DNA of 32,000 bases, taken from assembly GCF_000195755.1 (NCBI RefSeq), contig NC_002937.3, forward strand, positions 3,180,001 to 3,212,000, in the 5' to 3' direction. A program made the translations under genes and the position numbers. Of the stretch, positions 25,678 to 32,000 are shown piece after piece. The notes under the pieces are model-generated. The model did no database searches. It saw only the letters and a list, made by a program, of their open reading frames with translations, and was not told the DNA's origin. Source of the DNA: Nitratidesulfovibrio vulgaris str. Hildenborough. GTDB taxonomy: Bacteria; Desulfobacterota; Desulfovibrionia; Desulfovibrionales; Desulfovibrionaceae. The first letter of the stretch is position 1. Every line of letters starts with the position of its first letter.

Positions 25678-28161
25678 ATGAATACGTTCGCCATTCCGGC
25701 ACCGCTCATCGACGCCTGGCGCACCACACTGGAGACGTTGCGAAACCTGACCGGTCTCGGCTTCGGTCTGCTCACGCGCGAAAACGGCGGTGAACTCGAA
25801 ATCATGGTCACGGCAGGTGAACTGCCCTCGCCTTTCGCCGAAGGATATTGCCTGAAGGGCGGCCCGGAAGGACCATTGTGCGCCGTGGTGCACACCCTGG
25901 CGCGGTCGCTTCTCATCCCCGATACGACCGCCGATGCCCGATGGGCCTCGAACCCTGCGGTGAAGGCAGGCGTACGTGCCTATTTCGGCCTGCCGCTTCG
26001 TCTTCCGACCGGCGCACTCTTCGGCACGCTCTGTCTCGGTTCCATGTCCCCGGTCACAGGGCACGACGCGGTGCTCAAGCCTCTCCACTGCTTTGCCACC
26101 CTCGTGGAACAGCACATAGCCCTTCTTTCCACCAACGCACTCCTGCGGTCACAGCTGGACGCCCTGCCGGGTGCCAGCTTCGCCAGCGACCCCCACGGGC
26201 AGATGCTCTTCGCCAGCAACCGCTGCGGCAGCCTGCTCGACCTGCATCCGGCAGATATCCCCGGAAGCGACGTCGATACGGTCTTCAACCGCATCGCCGC
26301 ACTCTGCGAATCCCCCGAAGAATGCCACGCCATCCTCCGCCGGTCGTTCACTCTCGGCGGCCCAAGCAACGGCAAACTCGCCTTCGATGACGGACGGACC
26401 ATACGCTGGCAGGCCCGCAGACTGCGCGAGGACGCGGGGTCGGTACTCGGGTGCACATGGTTTCTGGAGGATGCCACAGCAGAATTGCAGGCACGCGCGG
26501 GGCTCACCCGAAGCGAGGCCCTGTTCCGCGGGCTTTTCAATAACGCCGCCGTCGGCATCGTCCTGCTGGACAGGCAGGGTTTTGTAGTCCGCAGCAATGT
26601 GGCCTGTGCCCGGATGCTGGGCACCTCGCCCGAACAGATGCACGGCCTTTCGTTTCGTGCGGTGCTTCCCCCCGAAGATGCCGACCAGCATCTCGAGGAG
26701 ATGCAGTCCCTCGCCGAAGGAGAGACGGACGAACTGCACGGTTGCTGGGAGATGCTGCACAGGAACGGCTCACGCCTGCGCGTCGACCTGCATGGCGCAC
26801 GCCTGCCGGGTAGTGGCGAAGAGGTCGTCATGCTCGTCGGCGTCGATGTGACAGAGCAATGGCGCACCGAACGCGCCCTTGCCGAAAGCGAACGCCGTTA
26901 CCGCGCCCTCTTCGACAACGCGCAAGCCGGCATATTCCGCACCAGTCTCGCCGACGGCACGTTCCTCGAAGCCAACCTGCGCATGGCGCAGATGTTCGGC
27001 TACGACGATGTCGCCACCTTCATGGCGGAATACCGGGCCGCAGAGAATTACGTCGACCCCGCAGACAGGGCTCTGATGCTCGACAGGCTGCGCACCTCCG
27101 GCAGTTTCGCCACCATGGAGACCCACATGCGCCGCCGCGACGGGACAACCACATGGTTTCTCTACTCCGGCACACTGGATGGCGACACCATCATCGGCGT
27201 GGCCAACGAAATCAGTGAGATGCGAGCCACGCAAGAAGCATTGCGCCGTTCAGAGGAGCGCTACCGCGCCCTCTTCGACAACGCGGCAGACGGTCTTCTG
27301 CTCTATGAGGCCGACGGGACCCTCATCGACGTCAACGAGACCATCGCCCGCAGGCTGGGAGAATCACGCGAGGCCATCGTGGGCCGGAACGTCGCCTCCA
27401 TCGTCGAACCCGAAGTACTTGAGCGGGTGCGCCCGCGTCTCGCCGAGATACTGGAAACCGGGCACGCCAGCTTCGAGTCGGTGCATCGCACCGCCATGGG
27501 CCCCGTCAATGTGGAAGTGCATGCCCGCCGTATCGAATTCGAGGGGCGCTTCGTGGTGCTGAGTTCAGCCCGCGACATCACCGAACGCAAGAACCTCGAA
27601 GCCGCCCTGCTGCGTGAAGCGACCACCGACCCCCTTACGGGGGGCCGCAACAGGCGTCAGTTCTTCGTCGACGCCAACCGTGAATTCGCGCGTGCACTGC
27701 GCCATGACTCCGGTCTGGCGGTGCTCATGCTCGATATCGACCATTTCAAGAACGTCAACGACCTTTACGGGCATCAGGCCGGGGATGAAGTGCTTCGGGC
27801 CTTTGCCGCCTGCTGTGTCGAAGCCCTGCGGGCCTATGACGTCTTCGGCAGGTTGGGCGGCGAGGAGTTCGCGGCCCTGCTGCCAGCCGCTTCACCCGAA
27901 GAGGCCATGGAGACGGCTGAACGGCTGCGCAAGCGGGTGGAACGCAGGTCTGTGGTCTATGAGGGAACAGCGCTGCAATGCACCGTCAGCGTTGGGGTGA
28001 CCAGCCTTGCCGCGGCAGACCTCGGCTTCGACGACATGCTGCGCCGCGCGGACAGGGCCCTCTACGCCGCCAAGGACCATGGCAGAAACCGTAGCGAGAT
28101 GGCCCCCATGCCCATGGTTCCCGCAGAGATTCCACCGCCCAGAAAACCTTTCCGCGAGTGA
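25678..28161 (+). CDS. GAF - 3x PAS - GGDEF diguanylate cyclase
   Basis: 827-aa ORF with a GGGGGGG run ending 1 nt upstream of the ATG. N-terminal GAF domain and repeated PAS N-cap motifs (SERRYRALFDN, SEERYRALFDN). Intact GGEEF at 27856-27870, with RAYD I-site at 27829-27840. Confidence 0.9.
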   Translation: MNTFAIPAPLIDAWRTTLETLRNLTGLGFGLLTRENGGELEIMVTAGELPSPFAEGYCLKGGPEGPLCAVVHTLARSLLIPDTTADARWASNPAVKAGVRAYFGLPLRLPTGALFGTLCLGSMSPVTGHDAVLKPLHCFATLVEQHIALLSTNALLRSQLDALPGASFASDPHGQMLFASNRCGSLLDLHPADIPGSDVDTVFNRIAALCESPEECHAILRRSFTLGGPSNGKLAFDDGRTIRWQARRLREDAGSVLGCTWFLEDATAELQARAGLTRSEALFRGLFNNAAVGIVLLDRQGFVVRSNVACARMLGTSPEQMHGLSFRAVLPPEDADQHLEEMQSLAEGETDELHGCWEMLHRNGSRLRVDLHGARLPGSGEEVVMLVGVDVTEQWRTERALAESERRYRALFDNAQAGIFRTSLADGTFLEANLRMAQMFGYDDVATFMAEYRAAENYVDPADRALMLDRLRTSGSFATMETHMRRRDGTTTWFLYSGTLDGDTIIGVANEISEMRATQEALRRSEERYRALFDNAADGLLLYEADGTLIDVNETIARRLGESREAIVGRNVASIVEPEVLERVRPRLAEILETGHASFESVHRTAMGPVNVEVHARRIEFEGRFVVLSSARDITERKNLEAALLREATTDPLTGGRNRRQFFVDANREFARALRHDSGLAVLMLDIDHFKNVNDLYGHQAGDEVLRAFAACCVEALRAYDVFGRLGGEEFAALLPAASPEEAMETAERLRKRVERRSVVYEGTALQCTVSVGVTSLAAADLGFDDMLRRADRALYAAKDHGRNRSEMAPMPMVPAEIPPPRKPFRE

Positions 28162-28340
28162 TTGTGCGAAAGACGCTCAGCTTCCGGCTGTAACGGGCCG
28201 TGCGCCCGCATGTCCGGACCAGTGCGCACGTAGCGCGCCTGCCACCCGCGATGGCACACCTCGCCACCTGCAACGTCGACGTGAGTATTGCCCGTGCCCC
28301 GCGGCATGCGCACAGGCACGTCCACTGTCATGCCCTGACG

Positions 28341-28401
28341 CGCCCCAACACGCCCCAACACGCACAGACACGCTCTCGGGCACAGACTCGCTCTCGGGCA
28401 C
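28341..28401. repeat. Two adjacent short tandem duplications in a non-coding convergent spacer
   Basis: CGCCCCAACA x2 (28341-28360). Then CACAGACACGCTCTCGGG / CACAGACTCGCTCTCGGG (28363-28398, 1 mismatch) plus a partial CAC. Confidence 0.9.
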
Positions 28402-28578
28402 GCCCACGGGCAGACGACACGCGAGCCTTCACATCCGCATGAAGGGATGGCAGGTCCTCCGTGCCCTGCGCGCATGAATCGTGAACGTTCGTGGCCCCCC
28501 CAGCGATGCACACGCGCACCTCATGAGCGGTGTATGTTCAGGCTGCGCGCCACTCCGCGAATCCGTCCTGTCGGCTGG

Positions 28579-29901
28579 CTAGCGGCCCAACTGGAACTTG
28601 CGCACGGCGGCGTTATGGTCGTCGAGGTTGGTGCTGAACTGATGGGTGCCGTCCTTGCGGGCGACAAAGTAGAAGTAGCCGTGGTCTTCGGGCTTCACTG
28701 CCGCCTGCAACGCCTCGAACCCCGGTGAACAGATGGGGCCGGGCGGCAGCCCCGGCTTGCGGTAGGTATTGTAGGGGTTGTCGCCATCCTGCAGATGACT
28801 GCGCCGCAGGTTGCCGTCGAAGGTGGGGCCGAGGCCGTAGATGACCGTGGGGTCGGCCTGAAGGATCATCCCCACACGCAAGCGGTTTGTGTACACCCCG
28901 GCAACGCGGGCACGTTCTGCGGGCACACCCGTCTCACGTTCGACGATGGACGCCAGCGTCACCAGCCGCCGCAAATCGTCGGGAGGTGTCCTGTGCCCCA
29001 GCGGCAGTACAGCGGCGGTGCTTCGCCAGAACGTATCGACAAGACGCCCCGCCACAGACCGGGCGGCTTCACGGTTCAACGTCTGCGGTTTCTTGAGCAG
29101 GTAGGTCTCGGGGAACAGGAACCCCTCTGCCGAATCGAACGGGATGCCGTAGTGCCGCAGGAAGGCCGGGTCGTGGATGACGGCGCTGAAATCTGAGAAC
29201 CGGGCGAATCCCTCGCTTTCGAGAAGGCGTCCCACTTCCCACCATGTGAGCCCTTCCCGCAAGGTCAGGCGATAGAGGATGGGCTGTCCGTTGACAAGCT
29301 GGTCAAGGACGCGGCCGGGTGTCCAGCCCGTGTGCATGGCGAAACGTCCGGCCTTGAGGCTGCCCGTCCACTCCATCCAGTGCCCCAGCAGCTTGAACCG
29401 CCACGCGCTGGAGACGAGCCCTCGCTGTTCAAGCTGTCGCGCCACCTTGTCGAACGAGGCACCGGGTTCCACGTCGAAGGTCGTCTCCTCGCCGGGGGTC
29501 TGGGGCGGCACGTTCAGAAAACGCCATGCGTCATAGCCCGCGTAGCCGCCCGCGCACAGCACCACGAGGCACAGCACACCCAGAAGGCGCAGCAGCCACC
29601 GCAGCCATGCCGGACGGGATGACAGCGGCGGGGACGACTGCGTGGACGGCGTGGCCAGCGTGGGCGGGGATGACGGGGGCGACGGGGGTGACGGGGGAGT
29701 GCTTGGCGGATGGTCGCCACCGGATGCCGATGCGGGGTCGTCCGGCGGTGTCGCAGCCTCGACAGGCGCGGCGTCACCGGAGGGCGCCTCGCTGGCTTCG
29801 GATGGCAGAGGCGACGTTCCTCCGTCGATGACGGTATCATCAGGGGATGGGGACTCGTGCGCGTCCGTTTGCGCGTCGTCCAGCTTTCCGTCAGCCGTCA
29901 T
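28579..29901 (-). CDS. mltG: Endolytic murein transglycosylase MltG (YceG-like) with ~97-aa Pro/Ser-rich N-terminal extension
   Basis: YceG-domain motifs ([29 protein letters not shown]) and a single TM ([19 protein letters not shown]). The ATG overlaps the ruvX stop (ATGA). Confidence 0.9.
29671..29697 (-). repeat. In-frame 9-bp tandem repeat x3 in the mltG N-terminal region
   Basis: TGACGGGGG-CGACGGGGG-TGACGGGGG on the + strand encodes PPS-PPS-PPS on the minus strand. Confidence 0.85.
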
Positions 29902-30332
29902 GCGAGACTCCGGCGCTCTTCGGGTACGGCAAGGAAGGATTCGAGGATGCGCACCGCAGCCTGCTGGTCTACCACAGCTTCAAGCCTACGCCCGCGCAGA
30001 CCGGCGTCGCGCAGGTCGTCCTCGGCCTCGAAAGAGCTGAGTTCTTCGGGCATGAAGTACACCGGCAACGTCGTGCGCCGCTTGAGGCGTTCCACGAAAT
30101 TACGCACCTGCCGCGTGGTCAGGGTCTCCTCCCCGCCGGGAAGACGGGGCAACCCCACCACGAAGGCATCAGGGCACTCAACCTCGACCATGCCGAGAAG
30201 TTCGACGAAGAAGGCATCACGCGTCGTCATGGCGATGGTGCGCCGCGGAAAGGCCATGCGCCCTCCCGCATCGGTGACGGCGATGCCGGTACGGCGCTGC
30301 CCGTAGTCGATGCCGAGAAACTTCATGTGCAC
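29898..30332 (-). CDS. ruvX: Putative pre-16S rRNA nuclease / Holliday junction resolvase-like protein RuvX (YqgF)
   Basis: N-terminal [17 protein letters not shown] motif and ~140-aa size. The start is ATG 30332 or 30326. Confidence 0.9.
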
Positions 30333-30354
30333 CCGTCAGGCAAAAGTGGATTCG

Positions 30355-30393
30355 GGAGGAGACGCCACGGCACCGTGCCGTAACGTCCCCTCC
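30355..30393 (-). other. Composite GC-rich stem-loop between the oxidoreductase stop and the ruvX start
   Basis: GGAGGAGACG (30355-30364) pairs with CGTCCCCTCC (30384-30393) with 1 mismatch. It encloses the palindrome ACGGCAC-C-GTGCCGT (30367-30381). A TTTT run lies 8 nt downstream on the minus strand. Confidence 0.35.
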
Positions 30394-30407
30394 GCGCCAG
30401 GGTAATG

Positions 30408-32000
30408 TCAGCCGTCGAGGCCGCTCATGTCCACGGTACGCACGGCCTCGCGACCGAGCGAATCGAGTACGGCCCGACGGAAGTGCCGCCGCCAGTCTTC
30501 GCCGTGACGCAACGCCGCCAGCCATTCCACGGTATGCAGCACCGGCCGCTTGTCGCGCAGGGCCAGCAGCGTGCGGGCGATGCCCACCTTGCACGAGGGA
30601 CACCCCACCACCACCGGCCCCTGCGGGTCGTAGCTGGCGAAGTCGACTTCGAGGCGCTGGCGCTTGCGGCGACGCAAGCGGTTGTAGATGGAGGGCGAGG
30701 TCATGGCCCCCATGCCGGATTCGCCACAGCAACCGGGGTTGACCCGCAGCCTGGCACCGGTGAACGCCCCGAGGGCCTGCGCGTAGATGCCTGCGGCCTT
30801 GACCTTGTGCACCCCCGTCCACTCGGCGTGACACGCCGGGTGGTAGAGCACCTCGCGGCCTTCTGCCTTGGTGGTGGCGGGCATGCGTTCCACAAGGAAC
30901 TGCACGAGGTCCTTGTGCTGCATCCCACCGCCGAACAGACCGGGCAGTTCATGCCGTGCGAGACCGTCGCGGCACGAACCGCAGGCGGTGATGACGTGGC
31001 TGACCTCGAGGCCCGCAGCACGCGCCTTCTCGATGACAGCCCGCAGCGCCGTGCGGTTGCGGTCGAGGTTCTTCGTGAAACTCTCGTCGGCCCCTGCCGC
31101 CAGCAGCGGATAGCCGCAGCACAGGTGCCTGTCGGGCATCACCACGCCCACGCCCGCTTCGAGCATGAGCATGAGCCCCGCAAGACCGATGTTGCGATAG
31201 AAGAGACTGCCGCCGCATCCGGGGAAGTAGAGTACCGCCTCGGTCGTCCTGTCGCCCTGCGCGGGCACGAAGATGGAACCCTTGTCCAGCCGTACGGCCT
31301 CGGCGAGGTTGTTGTACCCAACCTCCGGCCCCGGCCCTGCGAAGAGCGGGTTGTCCATGCGTTCGCGCCACCCTGCGGGCACCAGTCCCACGAAGCGGTT
31401 CTGCACCTTCTGCCCCACGGCGGCGAGCTTGGCGGCACGCGGAACACGTGCCGCGGGGTCCCCCACCAGCCAGTCGAGCACCCGGCTCTTGATGGGGTGT
31501 CCGCCCGCGCCCTCCTCTTCGACGAAGGCCCTGAGCGCCAGTGCCACCTCGCCGGAGTTGATCTTGACGGGACACACCGCGGCGCACTTGCCGCAACCGG
31601 TACAGTGCTCCATCATGGTCCGTACTTCGGTCAGCAGAAGGGGATCGGGCCTGCCCTTGTTCACCTGCGAGTAGTACACCGCCTCGATGAGCGCACCGAG
31701 GGCGATGTTCTTGTTGCGCGGGTAGTGCTGCAACGACTGCTCGGGGTAGTGCATGGGGCACACCTGCTTGCACTTGCCGCAACGGGTGCAGATCTGCACG
31801 TTGGCGAGCAGGGTGATGAGCCGTTCCTTGTCGGGCAGACCGCTCTGGCGGATGTCCTCGATGAGGCGGTTGAACGAGAAGGTGAACGGACGAACCGGCA
31901 GTTCTCGCTGCGTCAGCTTGGCGGGGTTCAGCACGTTGCGCGGGTCGACGCGGGCCTTGAACTCCTTCAGGGCCTCCATCTTGTCCGCTCGCAGGAAGCC
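30408..32000 (-). CDS. FAD-linked oxidase fused to (Fe-S)-binding CCG-domain oxidoreductase (GlcD/GlcF- or D-lactate dehydrogenase-like), C-terminal part; 5' end lies outside the window
   Basis: The frame stays open to position 32000 (GFLRADKMEALKEFKARVDPRNVLNP is the end of an FAD-oxidase C-domain). Two ferredoxin-type CxxCxxCxxxCP motifs (CTRCGKCKQVCP, CTGCGKCAAVCP) and two cysteine-rich CCG-type regions (CCGYPL, PGCCGESG). Confidence 0.85.
   Translation of the reverse strand, partial: GFLRADKMEALKEFKARVDPRNVLNPAKLTQRELPVRPFTFSFNRLIEDIRQSGLPDKERLITLLANVQICTRCGKCKQVCPMHYPEQSLQHYPRNKNIALGALIEAVYYSQVNKGRPDPLLLTEVRTMMEHCTGCGKCAAVCPVKINSGEVALALRAFVEEEGAGGHPIKSRVLDWLVGDPAARVPRAAKLAAVGQKVQNRFVGLVPAGWRERMDNPLFAGPGPEVGYNNLAEAVRLDKGSIFVPAQGDRTTEAVLYFPGCGGSLFYRNIGLAGLMLMLEAGVGVVMPDRHLCCGYPLLAAGADESFTKNLDRNRTALRAVIEKARAAGLEVSHVITACGSCRDGLARHELPGLFGGGMQHKDLVQFLVERMPATTKAEGREVLYHPACHAEWTGVHKVKAAGIYAQALGAFTGARLRVNPGCCGESGMGAMTSPSIYNRLRRRKRQRLEVDFASYDPQGPVVVGCPSCKVGIARTLLALRDKRPVLHTVEWLAALRHGEDWRRHFRRAVLDSLGREAVRTVDMSGLDG

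Noticed and set aside
26305-26328. CESPEECH in the GAF-PAS-GGDEF protein, considered as a possible c-type heme-binding motif.
   Set aside because: The spacing is Cx5CH rather than CxxCH, and the protein has no signal peptide or TM, so it is cytoplasmic. It is most likely fortuitous.
1-32000. A search by eye for CRISPR repeats, IS or transposase genes, integrases, toxin-antitoxin pairs, restriction or other defence genes, rRNA/tRNA, and riboswitch-like leaders.
   Set aside because: None was recognised. All large ORFs are explained by conserved housekeeping or signalling families, and the only repeats are the short tandem units reported above. A covariance-model scan (Rfam) and defence-system HMM scan would be the decisive checks that I cannot run.

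Overview
This is a GC-rich, densely coding chromosomal segment with 17 protein-coding genes. I recognised no rRNA, tRNA, CRISPR array, transposase, integrase or phage genes. The protein families and composition resemble the core genome of a Desulfovibrio-type sulfate reducer, but that taxon call is only an inference. Gene layout: a + strand unit of radical SAM, rng, queH, hemW and a hybrid PAS kinase (365-8836); - ftsY; + a HAMP/PAS kinase; - murJ followed by a BarA-like hybrid kinase with Hpt; + a PAS-GGDEF-EAL protein; - an XRE-cupin regulator plus acyl-CoA ligase; + hypF; + a GAF-PAS-GGDEF cyclase; and - an FAD/Fe-S oxidoreductase (cut by the window end), ruvX and mltG. About 13.5 of the 32 kb encode five large sensory proteins, and no DNA-binding response regulator is present. 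I do not see a self-evident novel defence, mobile or biosynthetic system. The best leads are modest. (1) The tightly coupled RNA-maturation/radical-SAM/kinase unit. (2) Two convergent kinases that share one small periplasmic sensor module. (3) Two unusually long non-coding convergent spacers with C-rich, G-poor tracts, one carrying short tandem duplications. (4) A palindrome-rich leader upstream of the GGDEF gene. (5) In-frame micro-tandem repeats and low-complexity insertions inside conserved housekeeping proteins (FtsY, MltG, HemW, MurJ). The many long antisense ORFs in the track are GC-driven shadow frames.
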